DNA of 64,000 nt from Escherichia coli. GTDB taxonomy: Bacteria; Pseudomonadota; Gammaproteobacteria; Enterobacterales; Enterobacteriaceae. The stretch is taken from NCBI RefSeq assembly GCF_044647545.1, contig NZ_CP172818.1; one strand, written 5' to 3'. This document shows positions 10,936 to 22,822 of this stretch, piece after piece; the stretch's first letter is position 1, and every line of letters starts with the position of its first letter. A program made the translations under genes and the position numbers. The notes under the pieces were generated by a model. It was not told the origin of the DNA, did no database searches, and was given only the letters and a program-made list of their open reading frames with translations.

Positions 10936-11825
10936 TGAGCGGCTTACCTCTTATTTCGCGCCGTCGACTGTTAACGGCGATGGCGCTTTCTCCGTTGTTA
11001 TGGCAGATGAATACCGCCCACGCGGCGGCTATTGATCCCAATCGTATTGTGGCGCTGGAGTGGTTGCCGGTGGAATTACTGCTGGCGCTCGGCATCGTGC
11101 CTTACGGCGTGGCGGATACCATCAACTATCGCCTGTGGGTCAGCGAACCGCCATTGCCGGACTCAGTGATTGACGTTGGTTTGCGTACAGAACCTAACCT
11201 TGAACTGCTGACCGAAATGAAACCATCGTTTATGGTCTGGTCGGCAGGATATGGCCCTTCACCAGAAATGCTGGCACGTATTGCGCCGGGTCGCGGATTT
11301 AACTTCAGTGACGGCAAACAGCCGCTGGCGATGGCGCGTAAATCACTGACGGAAATGGCAGATTTACTTAACCTGCAAAGCGCAGCAGAAACGCATTTAG
11401 CGCACTATGAAGACTTTATCCGCAGCATGAAACCCCGCTTTGTGAAGCGTGGTGCACGCCCGTTATTGCTGACGACACTTATCGATCCGCGCCATATGTT
11501 GGTCTTCGGTCCAAACAGCCTGTTCCAGGAAATTCTTGATGAGTACGGCATCCCAAATGCCTGGCAAGGGGAAACCAACTTTTGGGGCAGTACCGCCGTC
11601 AGTATCGATCGTCTGGCAGCGTATAAAGACGTTGATGTGCTCTGTTTTGATCACGACAACAGCAAAGACATGGATGCGCTAATGGCAACCCCGCTGTGGC
11701 AGGCCATGCCGTTTGTCCGCGCCGGACGCTTTCAGCGCGTTCCGGCGGTCTGGTTCTATGGTGCGACGCTTTCTGCAATGCACTTTGTGCGTATTCTGGA
11801 TAACGCCATCGGAGGTAAAGCGTGA
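10935..11825 (+). CDS. fhuD: ferric hydroxamate periplasmic binding protein (296 aa)
   Basis: MSGLPLISRRRLLTAMALSPLLWQMNTAHAAAIDPNRIVALEW...; ATGA overlap with fhuC stop. Confidence 0.93.
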   Translation: MSGLPLISRRRLLTAMALSPLLWQMNTAHAAAIDPNRIVALEWLPVELLLALGIVPYGVADTINYRLWVSEPPLPDSVIDVGLRTEPNLELLTEMKPSFMVWSAGYGPSPEMLARIAPGRGFNFSDGKQPLAMARKSLTEMADLLNLQSAAETHLAHYEDFIRSMKPRFVKRGARPLLLTTLIDPRHMLVFGPNSLFQEILDEYGIPNAWQGETNFWGSTAVSIDRLAAYKDVDVLCFDHDNSKDMDALMATPLWQAMPFVRAGRFQRVPAVWFYGATLSAMHFVRILDNAIGGKA

Positions 11826-13804
11826 GTAAACGAATTGCGCTTTTTCCGGTGTTATTGCTGGTGCTGCTGGTGGTTGCTGCTGCGGCGTTGACCTGGATGA
11901 ACTTCTCGCAGGCGCTGCCGCGCAGCCAGTGGGCGCAGGCCGCCTGGTCGCCGGATATTGACGTCATCGAGCAGATGATTTTTCACTACAGCTTGTTGCC
12001 GCGTCTGGCGATTTCGCTGCTGGTGGGCGCGGGCCTGGGGATGGTGGGCGTGCTGTTTCAGCAAGTGCTGCGTAACCCGCTGGCGGAACCGACGACGTTG
12101 GGTGTTGCAACAGGCGCGCAACTGGGGATTACCGTCACCACGCTCTGGGCGATCCCAGGTGCTATGGCGAGCCAGTTTGCTGCGCTGGCAGGGGCTTGTG
12201 TTGTTGGCTTAATCGTCTTTGGCGTCGCGTGGGGGAAACGGCTTTCGCCGGTAACGCTGATCCTCGCGGGGCTGGTAGTGAGCCTTTATTGCGGCGCAAT
12301 CAATCAGTTACTGGTTATCTTCCATCATGACCAACTGCAAAGCATGTTCCTGTGGAGCACCGGAACGCTGACGCAAACCGACTGGGGCGGCGTTGAGCGT
12401 TTATGGCCGCAGCTGCTGGGCGGCGTGATGCTGACGTTATTGCTACTTCGCCCGTTAACCCTGATGGGGCTTGATGATGGCGTGGCGCGCAATCTCGGGC
12501 TGGCCTTGTCGCTCGCGCGTCTGGCGGCGTTGTCGCTGGCGATTGTCATCAGTGCGCTGCTGGTGAACGCGGTGGGGATTATCGGCTTTATCGGGTTGTT
12601 CGCGCCGCTGCTGGCAAAAATGCTGGGGGCGCGGCGTCTGCTGCCACGGTTAATGCTGGCGTCGCTGATTGGTGCGTTAATTCTGTGGCTTTCTGATCAA
12701 ATCATCCTCTGGCTGACTCGCGTGTGGATGGAAGTTTCCACCGGTTCGGTCACTGCGTTGATCGGTGCGCCGCTGTTACTGTGGTTGCTGCCGCGTTTAC
12801 GCAGCATTAGCGCGCCGGATATGAAGGTGAACGATCGTGTCGCGACTGAACGCCAACACGTGCTGGCGTTTGCCCTCGCGGGCGGCGTGCTGCTGTTGAT
12901 GGCTGTGGTGGTGGCGCTGTCGTTTGGTCGTGATGCGCACGGCTGGACGTGGGCGAGCGGGGCGTTGCTCGAGGATTTGATGCCCTGGCGCTGGCCGCGA
13001 ATTATGGCGGCGCTGTTTGCTGGCGTCATGCTGGCGGTGGCGGGCTGTATTATTCAGCGGCTGACCGGAAACCCGATGGCAAGCCCGGAAGTGCTGGGGA
13101 TTAGCTCCGGCGCGGCGTTTGGCGTGGTGTTAATGCTGTTTCTGGTGCCGGGTAATGCCTTTGGCTGGCTGTTACCCGCAGGCAGTCTCGGGGCGGCGGT
13201 GACGCTGTTGATCATTATGATCGCCGCCGGACGCGGTGGATTTTCCCCACACCGCATGTTACTGGCGGGGATGGCGTTAAGTACCGCGTTCACGATGCTT
13301 TTGATGATGTTGCAGGCAAGTGGTGACCCGCGAATGGCGCAAGTTCTGACCTGGATTTCCGGTTCGACCTACAACGCGACCGAGGCGCAGGTCTGGCGCA
13401 CGGGAATTGTGATGGTAATTTTGCTGGCGATTACCCCGCTGTGCCGCCGCTGGCTGACCATTTTACCGCTGGGCGGTGATACCGCACGAGCCGTGGGGAT
13501 GGCGCTGACGCCGACGCGAATTGCGCTGCTGCTGTTAGCGGCTTGCCTGACAGCGACTGCGACAATGACCATTGGACCGTTGAGTTTTGTTGGTTTAATG
13601 GCACCGCATATTGCGCGGATGATGGGCTTTCGACGGACGATGCCGCATATTATGATTTCGGCGCTGGTGGGTGGTTTACTGCTGGTGTTCGCTGACTGGT
13701 GTGGGCGGATGGTGCTGTTTCCATTCCAGATCCCAGCGGGGCTGCTGTCGACCTTTATCGGCGCGCCGTATTTTATCTATTTGTTGAGAAAGCAGAGCCG
13801 TTAA
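11822..13804 (+). CDS. fhuB: ferric hydroxamate ABC transporter permease (660 aa, duplicated permease domains)
   Basis: 660-aa hydrophobic ORF, 4-bp overlap with fhuD. Confidence 0.93.
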   Translation: MSKRIALFPVLLLVLLVVAAAALTWMNFSQALPRSQWAQAAWSPDIDVIEQMIFHYSLLPRLAISLLVGAGLGMVGVLFQQVLRNPLAEPTTLGVATGAQLGITVTTLWAIPGAMASQFAALAGACVVGLIVFGVAWGKRLSPVTLILAGLVVSLYCGAINQLLVIFHHDQLQSMFLWSTGTLTQTDWGGVERLWPQLLGGVMLTLLLLRPLTLMGLDDGVARNLGLALSLARLAALSLAIVISALLVNAVGIIGFIGLFAPLLAKMLGARRLLPRLMLASLIGALILWLSDQIILWLTRVWMEVSTGSVTALIGAPLLLWLLPRLRSISAPDMKVNDRVATERQHVLAFALAGGVLLLMAVVVALSFGRDAHGWTWASGALLEDLMPWRWPRIMAALFAGVMLAVAGCIIQRLTGNPMASPEVLGISSGAAFGVVLMLFLVPGNAFGWLLPAGSLGAAVTLLIIMIAAGRGGFSPHRMLLAGMALSTAFTMLLMMLQASGDPRMAQVLTWISGSTYNATEAQVWRTGIVMVILLAITPLCRRWLTILPLGGDTARAVGMALTPTRIALLLLAACLTATATMTIGPLSFVGLMAPHIARMMGFRRTMPHIMISALVGGLLLVFADWCGRMVLFPFQIPAGLLSTFIGAPYFIYLLRKQSR

Positions 13805-13857
13805 TTTTTCCATATAACGGCCCTTAACTCCTGGATGGATAAAGCTTTTACGCGGCA

Positions 13858-13950
13858 ACGGATGCCCGATGCGACGCTGTGGCGTCTTATCGGGCCTACA
13901 AACGGTCCTGATCTGTAGGTCGGATAAGGCGTTTACGCCGCATCCGACAA
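13858..13950. repeat. BIME: two REP palindromic units between convergent fhuB and hemL
   Basis: gcccgatgcgacgctgtggcgtcttatcgggcctac ... gtaggtcggataaggcgtttacgccgcatccgac; matches REP consensus GCCGGATGCGGCG..CTTATCCGGCCTAC. Confidence 0.8.
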
Positions 13951-13961
13951 ACCATGCTGGA

Positions 13962-15242
13962 TCACAACTTCGCAAACACCCGACGTGCAGCATCGATGGT
14001 GTTATTGATATCTTCCATGCTGTGCGCTACAGACATAAAGCCCGCTTCAAACGCTGATGGTGCCAGGTAAACACCTTCATCCAGCATCATATGGAAGAAA
14101 CGCTTAAAGCGTTCCACGTCACAGGCCATTACATCCTGATAGCACGTCACGGACTCGGCGTCGGTAAAGAAAATACCGAACATGCCGCCAACGTGGTTAA
14201 CGACCAGCGGAATTCCGGCTTCTTCTGCCGCTTCCAGCAGACCTTCTGCCAGACGTGTTGTCAGCTCATCCAGCGTTTCGTGAACGCCCGGCTGTGCGAC
14301 TTCATTCAGACAGGCGAAACCGGCCGCCATCGCAATCGGGTTACCGGAAAGCGTACCCGCCTGATAGACCGGACCAGTCGGGGCCAGCGCATCCATTACA
14401 TCACGACGACCACCGAATGCGCCTACCGGCATTCCACCGCCGATGATTTTGCCGAGGCAGGTTAAATCTGGCACTACGCCGTAATAATCCTGTGCGCCAG
14501 CTAGCGCTACGCGGAAACCGGTCATCACTTCATCGATGATCAGCAACGCGCCAAATTCGTCACACAGCGCACGCAGACCTGGCAGGAACTCTGGCAGCGG
14601 CGGAACACAGTTCATATTGCCTGCCACCGGCTCGACGATAATACAGGCAATCTCTTGCGGGTATTGCTCAAACGCGGCGCGTACAGAAGCCAGATCGTTA
14701 TAAGTACAGGTTAAGGTATGTTTGGCGAAATCTGCCGGAACGCCCGGCGAATTTGGCTGGCCTAACGTGAGTGCGCCAGAACCGGCTTTCACCAGCAGGC
14801 AGTCAGCGTGACCGTGGTAACAACCTTCAAATTTAATGATTTTGTCGCGACCGGTAAAACCACGGGCCAGGCGGATGGCGCTCATCGTCGCTTCAGTGCC
14901 GGAGTTCACCATGCGCACCATATCCATGGTCGGGACCAGTTCGGTCACCAGTTGCGCCATTTTCACTTCCATTTCGGTTGGTGCACCAAAGCTTAAACCA
15001 CGCTCGGCGGCTTCAATCACGGCATTGCGGATCGCCGGATGGTTATGGCCCAGCACCATCGGCCCCCAGGAACCGACATAATCGATATAGGCTTTGCCAT
15101 CAACATCGTACAGATAAGCGCCGTCCGCTTTTTCGATAAACAGTGGAGTGCCGCCCACGCCAGTAAAGGCGCGAACAGGGGAGTTCACACCGCCAGGGAT
15201 CAGCTCGCGCGCTGCGCTGTAAAGATTTTCAGACTTACTCAT
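13962..15242 (-). CDS. hemL: glutamate-1-semialdehyde 2,1-aminomutase (426 aa)
   Basis: [26 protein letters not shown]...; PLP aminotransferase class III motifs. Confidence 0.95.
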   Translation of the reverse strand: MSKSENLYSAARELIPGGVNSPVRAFTGVGGTPLFIEKADGAYLYDVDGKAYIDYVGSWGPMVLGHNHPAIRNAVIEAAERGLSFGAPTEMEVKMAQLVTELVPTMDMVRMVNSGTEATMSAIRLARGFTGRDKIIKFEGCYHGHADCLLVKAGSGALTLGQPNSPGVPADFAKHTLTCTYNDLASVRAAFEQYPQEIACIIVEPVAGNMNCVPPLPEFLPGLRALCDEFGALLIIDEVMTGFRVALAGAQDYYGVVPDLTCLGKIIGGGMPVGAFGGRRDVMDALAPTGPVYQAGTLSGNPIAMAAGFACLNEVAQPGVHETLDELTTRLAEGLLEAAEEAGIPLVVNHVGGMFGIFFTDAESVTCYQDVMACDVERFKRFFHMMLDEGVYLAPSAFEAGFMSVAHSMEDINNTIDAARRVFAKL

Positions 15243-15448
15243 GGAGGGTTCCTGATTCGTAGAAAAAGTGAATGGCTGCTATTCTATGTTATTCATAACA
15301 AGTTAAATACTCGTCAAACATCAGGCTGCTTGTACTGGTGCAATCCTGATTTCTTAGAGTATAAAAGTTTTGTGCATTTGAAACATTACGCTTTGCAAAG
15401 GATTTTCATGGAACGTGCGAGTAAAATGCCGTCATCTTATTTGTATGA

Positions 15449-16888
<1,440 letters not shown>

Positions 16889-16969
16889 ACGAAATACCAG
16901 GGTATTAGATAATGGCGATTATTATTGGGTTAGAATTTGCCCAATTGCCGATGTCGTTTGGAGCAAAAT

Positions 16970-17314
16970 ATGAGTGATGACGTAGCACTGCCGCTGGAGT
17001 TTACCGACGCAGCAGCCAACAAAGTTAAAAGCCTGATCGCTGACGAAGATAACCCGAATCTGAAATTACGCGTGTATATCACCGGTGGCGGTTGCAGCGG
17101 CTTCCAGTATGGTTTCACCTTTGATGATCAGGTGAACGAAGGCGATATGACCATCGAAAAACAGGGCGTTGGCCTGGTGGTTGATCCGATGAGCCTGCAA
17201 TATCTGGTCGGCGGTTCCGTTGACTATACCGAAGGACTGGAAGGTTCTCGTTTCATCGTGACCAACCCGAACGCGAAAAGCACCTGCGGTTGCGGTTCTT
17301 CCTTTAGCATCTAA
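16970..17314 (+). CDS. erpA: iron-sulfur cluster insertion protein ErpA (A-type carrier, 114 aa)
   Basis: [22 protein letters not shown]...GGGCSGFQY...CGCGSSF. Confidence 0.93.
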
Positions 17315-17326
17315 TCTGTTGTTCAT

Positions 17327-17349
17327 GTGCCGGATAAACTATCCGGCAC
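17327..17349. terminator. bidirectional hairpin terminator between convergent erpA and yadS
   Basis: gtgccggat-aaact-atccggcac perfect stem. Confidence 0.55.
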
Positions 17350-17360
17350 ATCTTCTCTCT

Positions 17361-17984
17361 TCAACGCCCATTCTCATCCAGCGCAAACGTCGGTAGCTTA
17401 AGATGCCAACGAATAGCCGCCAGCCGAATCAATAGCGTCACGACCATGCCCATCATACTGGCTGTTTCCAGTGGTACGGAAAATGTGTAATAAGCCGTAG
17501 CGTGGACAATACCGCCGATAATACAGGCTGTTGCGTAGATTTCTGTACGTAAAATCATGGGGATTTCGCGGGCCAGTACATCACGAATGATCCCGCCGCC
17601 AACGCCAGTAATGACGCCCATACAAACCGCGATTAACGGACCGGCTTCCGCATTAAAGGCTTTATTCACGCCAATGCCGACAAACACCGCCAGACCAACG
17701 GCGTCCAGCACCGGCAACATCCATTTTGGTAAGCGTCTTGGCTGGCGCACCAGCACGATGGTCAGCATGCTGGTGACCATTGCAACGACCAGATCGGTGG
17801 GATCTTTCACCCAAAATACCGGGCCGTGATCCAGCGCCATGTCGCGAATTGTTCCGCCGCCTACTGCGGTAACCACGCCCAATACCAGTACACCAAAAGG
17901 GTCCATACGCAATTTTCCGGCTAACAAAACGCCAGAGATAGCAAATACCGCTGTGCCGACTATATCCAGCCAATAGACGAGCAT
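17361..17984 (-). CDS. yadS: UPF0126 family inner membrane protein (207 aa)
   Basis: Hydrophobic 207-aa ORF MLVYWLDIVGTAVFAISGVLLAGKLRMDPFG...; conserved position. Confidence 0.85.
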   Translation of the reverse strand: MLVYWLDIVGTAVFAISGVLLAGKLRMDPFGVLVLGVVTAVGGGTIRDMALDHGPVFWVKDPTDLVVAMVTSMLTIVLVRQPRRLPKWMLPVLDAVGLAVFVGIGVNKAFNAEAGPLIAVCMGVITGVGGGIIRDVLAREIPMILRTEIYATACIIGGIVHATAYYTFSVPLETASMMGMVVTLLIRLAAIRWHLKLPTFALDENGR

Positions 17985-18021
17985 TGTTCAATCCCCACTG
18001 AGCACCTGAAAAGGTCAGGCA

Positions 18022-18822
18022 CTAATCTACCTGTGAAAGCGCATTACAGAGCTGTTGTGCAGCGAGGATAATACGTGGGCTTGCACGTTCAAACCAGTCA
18101 CTCGTGAGAGGAATAACGGGAATTTTGAGCTGTTCACCCCAGTATTGTTTGATTTTAGGAATTTGGTCCGATCCGCCTGTAATGACAATCGCCTGTGGCG
18201 AGCGTGCTAACACCTGTTCACGGCTAACTTGCGGCCAGGGAACCCGGCTGTCTTTAAAGATGTTTTCTCCGCCACAAACTTCGAGTACCTGGTTTTGAAT
18301 CGACTCTTTTCCACTGGTAAATGGCGGATTAATGCCGAATTGCAGAAAAACACGTTTTTTAGGTTTATCAGCATATTGCGCTTTCAATTGCGCGTACTGA
18401 TCCAGCAGGGATTGCGCGGCTTGTTCGGCCTTATCCGGTTGCGGACTCCAGGGGGCCAGTTGACGTAACGCATTGGCAATTTGTTCAATGCTTGTCGCAT
18501 CGACCCACATCACTTTTATTCCCAGCGAAGCCAGCTGGTCAACCTGCCGCTCGGCATTACCTCCACGCCAGGCAATCACCAGATCGGGTTTCAGCGCGAC
18601 AATGCGTTCCAGATTCATCCCCTGCCAGGTGGAAACCTGCTCAATCTTTTGCGCTTGTGGAGGATAGTCGGAATAGCTGCTGACCCCAACCGGCGTGATC
18701 CCGGCGGCAAAGGCAAGTTCAGTGTTGGCGGGAGAAAGCGTGATGACGCGCGGCGCGGCATTGAGCCACAGCGGCGCGAGAAAAGACAGGGCGACCAGCG
18801 CCCTGAACAGTGACTTAGCCAT
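18022..18822 (-). CDS. btuF: vitamin B12 periplasmic binding protein (266 aa)
   Basis: [47 protein letters not shown]...; start overlaps mtn 3' end. Confidence 0.92.
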   Translation of the reverse strand: MAKSLFRALVALSFLAPLWLNAAPRVITLSPANTELAFAAGITPVGVSSYSDYPPQAQKIEQVSTWQGMNLERIVALKPDLVIAWRGGNAERQVDQLASLGIKVMWVDATSIEQIANALRQLAPWSPQPDKAEQAAQSLLDQYAQLKAQYADKPKKRVFLQFGINPPFTSGKESIQNQVLEVCGGENIFKDSRVPWPQVSREQVLARSPQAIVITGGSDQIPKIKQYWGEQLKIPVIPLTSDWFERASPRIILAAQQLCNALSQVD

Positions 18823-19513
18823 GTGCCAGTTTCTGCACCAGTGACTCAACCATCAGGCTGGACTGTTTAGCGGCAACAGCCAGGAACTCATCGAAGCTAA
18901 GATGAGACTGTTGATCGGCCACGTCGGAGATGGCGCGTACTACGACAAACGGGACGTTGAAATTGTGGCAGACATGGGCGATTGCCGTCGCTTCCATCTC
19001 TACAGCAATGGCCTGTGGGAAGTTGTGGCGGATTTTCGCCAGACCAACAGAACCGTTGATGAATGCGTCGCCGCTAACAATCAGGCCACGTACAGCGTTA
19101 AGATTCAGTTCGGCAATGCAGGCCTCAGCGGCAGCGATCAGTTTATCGTCAGCTTTAAAGCCTGCCGGGCAGCCTGGTAACTGGCCGTATTCATAACCAA
19201 ATGCCGTGACATCCGCGTCGTGATAACGAGCTTCGTCCGAGACAACGATATCGCCCACTTTCAGCGTTGGTGCCAGGCCACCGGCAGAACCGGTGTTAAT
19301 AATCACATCTGGCTTGCAGTGTTCCAACAGCAGAGTGGCACCCAGCGCCGCAGCGACTTTACCGATGCCCGATTTCAGAAGCGCAACCTCGGTTCCATTC
19401 AGTTGGCCGGTATAGATTTCGCAACCGCCCAGACTGATAGTTTGACGGTTTTCGATTTTGTCACGCAGCAGCGTAACTTCTTCTTCCATTGCACCAATGA
19501 TGCCGATTTTCAT
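18815..19513 (-). CDS. mtn: 5'-methylthioadenosine/S-adenosylhomocysteine nucleosidase (232 aa)
   Basis: [40 protein letters not shown]... Confidence 0.95.
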   Translation of the reverse strand: MKIGIIGAMEEEVTLLRDKIENRQTISLGGCEIYTGQLNGTEVALLKSGIGKVAAALGATLLLEHCKPDVIINTGSAGGLAPTLKVGDIVVSDEARYHDADVTAFGYEYGQLPGCPAGFKADDKLIAAAEACIAELNLNAVRGLIVSGDAFINGSVGLAKIRHNFPQAIAVEMEATAIAHVCHNFNVPFVVVRAISDVADQQSHLSFDEFLAVAAKQSSLMVESLVQKLAHG

Positions 19514-19596
19514 AGATTTACTCGCGATAAGCCCGATTTGAAGGCATAGTTTACCATGCGCTTACGGGGAAGCGTATTTCTCACGCGGGAGAGGAC

Positions 19597-21114
19597 ATGG
19601 CACAGATTGATTTCCGAAAAAAAATAAACTGGCATCGTCGTTACCGTTCACCACAGGGCGTTAAAACCGAACATGAGATCCTGCGGATCTTCGAGAGCGA
19701 TCGCGGGCGTATCATCAACTCTCCGGCAATTCGTCGTCTGCAACAAAAGACCCAGGTTTTTCCACTGGAGCGCAATGCCGCCGTGCGCACGCGTCTTACC
19801 CACTCGATGGAAGTCCAGCAGGTGGGGCGTTATATCGCTAAAGAGATTTTAAGCCGCCTGAAAGAGCTTAAATTACTGGAGGCGTATGGTCTCGATGAAC
19901 TGACCGGGCCCTTTGAAAGCATTGTTGAGATGTCATGCCTGATGCACGATATCGGCAATCCGCCGTTTGGTCATTTTGGCGAAGCGGCGATAAATGACTG
20001 GTTTCGCCAGCGTTTGCACCCGGAAGATGCCGAAAGCCAGCCTCTGACTGACGATCGCTGCAGCGTGGCAGCACTACGTTTACGGGACGGGGAAGAACCG
20101 CTTAACGAGCTGCGGCGCAAAATACGTCAGGACTTATGTCATTTTGAGGGGAATGCACAAGGCATTCGTCTGGTGCATACATTGATGCGGATGAATCTCA
20201 CCTGGGCGCAGGTTGGCGGTATTTTAAAATATACCCGTCCAGCGTGGTGGCGTGGCGAAACGCCTGAGACACATCACTATTTAATGAAAAAGCCGGGTTA
20301 TTATCTTTCTGAAGAAGCCTATATTGCCCGGTTGCGTAAAGAACTTAATTTGGCGCTTTACAGTCGTTTTCCATTAACGTGGATTATGGAAGCTGCCGAC
20401 GACATCTCCTATTGTGTGGCAGACCTTGAAGATGCGGTAGAGAAAAGGATATTTACCGTTGAGCAGCTTTATCATCATTTGCACGAGGCGTGGGGCCAGC
20501 ATGAGAAAGGTTCGCTCTTTTCGCTGGTGGTTGAAAATGCCTGGGAAAAATCACGCTCAAATAGTTTAAGCCGCAGTACGGAAGACCAGTTTTTTATGTA
20601 TTTACGGGTAAACACTCTAAATAAACTGGTACCCTACGCGGCACAACGATTTATTGATAATCTGCCTGCGATTTTCGCCGGAACGTTTAATCATGCATTA
20701 TTGGAAGATGCCAGCGAATGCAGCGATCTTCTTAAGCTTTATAAAAATGTCGCTGTAAAACATGTGTTTAGCCATCCAGATGTCGAGCAGCTTGAATTGC
20801 AGGGCTATCGGGTCATTAGCGGATTATTAGAGATTTATCGCCCTTTATTAAGCCTGTCGTTATCAGACTTTACTGAACTGGTAGAAAAAGAACGGGTGAA
20901 ACGTTTCCCTATTGAATCGCGCTTATTCCACAAACTCTCGACGCGCCATCGGCTGGCCTATGTCGAGGCTGTCAGTAAATTACCGTCAGATTCTCCTGAG
21001 TTTCCGCTATGGGAATATTATTACCGTTGCCGCCTGCTGCAGGATTATATCAGCGGTATGACCGACCTCTATGCGTGGGATGAATACCGACGTCTGATGG
21101 CCGTAGAACAATAA
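19597..21114 (+). CDS. dgt: dGTP triphosphohydrolase (505 aa)
   Basis: [18 protein letters not shown]...HD-domain motifs ([15 protein letters not shown]). Confidence 0.95.
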
Positions 21115-21122
21115 CCAGGCTT

Positions 21123-21165
21123 TTGTAAAGACGAACAATAAATTTTTACCTTTTGCAGAAACTTT
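21123..21165 (+). promoter_or_regulatory. candidate CpxR-binding region upstream of degP
   Basis: GTAAAgacgaacaataaatttttacc contains GTAAA-like half sites upstream of the sigma-E promoter; assignment from known degP regulation. Confidence 0.35.
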
Positions 21166-21170
21166 AGTTC

Positions 21171-21198
21171 GGAACTTCGCGCTATAAAACGAATCTGA
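21171..21198 (+). promoter_or_regulatory. sigma-E (RpoE) promoter of degP
   Basis: GGAACTT (21171-21177) - 16 nt - TCTGA (21194-21198), matches sigma-E consensus GGAACTT-N16-TCTGA. Confidence 0.8.
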
Positions 21199-21243
21199 AG
21201 AACACAGCAATTTTGCGTTATCTGTTAATCGAGACTGAAATAC

Positions 21244-22668
21244 ATGAAAAAAACCACATTAGCACTGAGTGCACTGGCTCTGAGTTTAGGTTTGGCGTTA
21301 TCTCCGCTCTCTGCAACGGCGGCTGAGACTTCTTCAGCAACGACAGCCCAGCAGATGCCAAGCCTTGCACCGATGCTCGAAAAGGTGATGCCTTCAGTGG
21401 TCAGCATTAACGTAGAAGGTAGCACAACCGTTAATACGCCGCGTATGCCGCGTAATTTCCAGCAGTTCTTCGGTGATGATTCTCCGTTCTGCCAGGAAGG
21501 TTCTCCGTTCCAGAGTTCTCCGTTCTGCCAGGGTGGCCAGGGCGGTAATGGTGGCGGCCAGCAACAGAAATTCATGGCGCTGGGTTCCGGCGTCATCATT
21601 GATGCCGATAAAGGCTATGTCGTCACCAACAACCACGTTGTTGATAACGCGACGGTGATTAAAGTCCAACTGAGCGATGGCCGTAAGTTCGACGCGAAGA
21701 TGGTTGGCAAAGATCCGCGCTCTGATATCGCGCTGATCCAGATCCAGAACCCGAAAAACCTGACCGCAATTAAGATGGCGGATTCTGATGCACTGCGCGT
21801 GGGTGATTACACCGTAGCGATTGGTAACCCGTTTGGTCTGGGCGAGACGGTAACTTCCGGGATTGTCTCTGCGCTGGGGCGTAGCGGCCTGAATGCCGAA
21901 AACTACGAAAACTTCATCCAGACCGATGCAGCGATTAACCGTGGTAACTCCGGTGGTGCGCTGGTTAACCTGAACGGTGAACTGATCGGTATCAACACCG
22001 CGATCCTCGCACCGGACGGCGGCAACATCGGTATCGGTTTTGCTATCCCGAGCAACATGGTGAAAAACCTGACCTCGCAGATGGTGGAATACGGCCAGGT
22101 GAAACGCGGTGAGTTGGGTATTATGGGCACTGAGCTGAACTCCGATCTGGCGAAAGCGATGAAAGTTGACGCCCAGCGCGGTGCTTTCGTAAGCCAGGTT
22201 CTGCCGAATTCTTCCGCCGCGAAAGCGGGCATTAAAGCGGGTGATGTGATCACCTCACTGAACGGTAAGCCAATCAGCAGCTTTGCCGCACTGCGTGCTC
22301 AGGTGGGCACTATGCCGGTAGGTAGCAAACTGACCCTGGGCTTATTGCGCGACGGGAAGCAGGTTAACGTGAACCTGGAACTTCAGCAGAGCAGCCAGAA
22401 TCAGGTTGATTCCAGCACCATCTTCAACGGCATTGAAGGCGCTGAGATGAGCAACAAAGGCAAAGATCAGGGCGTGGTAGTGAACAACGTGAAAACGGGC
22501 ACTCCGGCTGCGCAGATCGGCCTGAAGAAAGGTGATGTGATTATTGGCGCGAACCAGCAGGCAGTGAAAAACATCGCTGAACTGCGTAAAGTTCTCGACA
22601 GCAAACCGTCTGTGCTGGCACTGAACATTCAGCGCGGCGACAGCACCATCTACCTGTTAATGCAGTAA
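21244..22668 (+). CDS. degP: periplasmic serine endoprotease/chaperone DegP (HtrA), 474 aa
   Basis: Signal peptide MKKTTLALSALALSLGLALSPLSATA; catalytic GNSGGAL; two PDZ domains. Confidence 0.96.
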   Translation: MKKTTLALSALALSLGLALSPLSATAAETSSATTAQQMPSLAPMLEKVMPSVVSINVEGSTTVNTPRMPRNFQQFFGDDSPFCQEGSPFQSSPFCQGGQGGNGGGQQQKFMALGSGVIIDADKGYVVTNNHVVDNATVIKVQLSDGRKFDAKMVGKDPRSDIALIQIQNPKNLTAIKMADSDALRVGDYTVAIGNPFGLGETVTSGIVSALGRSGLNAENYENFIQTDAAINRGNSGGALVNLNGELIGINTAILAPDGGNIGIGFAIPSNMVKNLTSQMVEYGQVKRGELGIMGTELNSDLAKAMKVDAQRGAFVSQVLPNSSAAKAGIKAGDVITSLNGKPISSFAALRAQVGTMPVGSKLTLGLLRDGKQVNVNLELQQSSQNQVDSSTIFNGIEGAEMSNKGKDQGVVVNNVKTGTPAAQIGLKKGDVIIGANQQAVKNIAELRKVLDSKPSVLALNIQRGDSTIYLLMQ

Positions 22669-22675
22669 TCTCCCT

Positions 22676-22710
22676 CAACCCCTTCCTGAAAACGGGAAGG
22701 GGTTCTCCTT
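22676..22710 (+). terminator. rho-independent terminator of degP
   Basis: aaccccttcc-tgaaaacg-ggaaggggtt followed by ctcctt. Confidence 0.7.
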
Positions 22711-22822
22711 ACAATCTGTGAACTTCACCACAACTCCATACATCTTCATCATCCTTTGGGCATTTGCACAATGCCGTACGTTACGTACTTCCTTATGCTA
22801 AGCCGTGCATAACGGAGGACTT

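Noticed and set aside
21470-21560. Short tandem nucleotide repeat inside degP (gattctccgttctgccag... repeated three times)
   Set aside because: It encodes the natural SPFCQ-type repeats and Gly/Gln-rich linker of the DegP LA loop. It is in frame, inside an intact 474-aa ORF, and not a mobile-element or CRISPR-like repeat.
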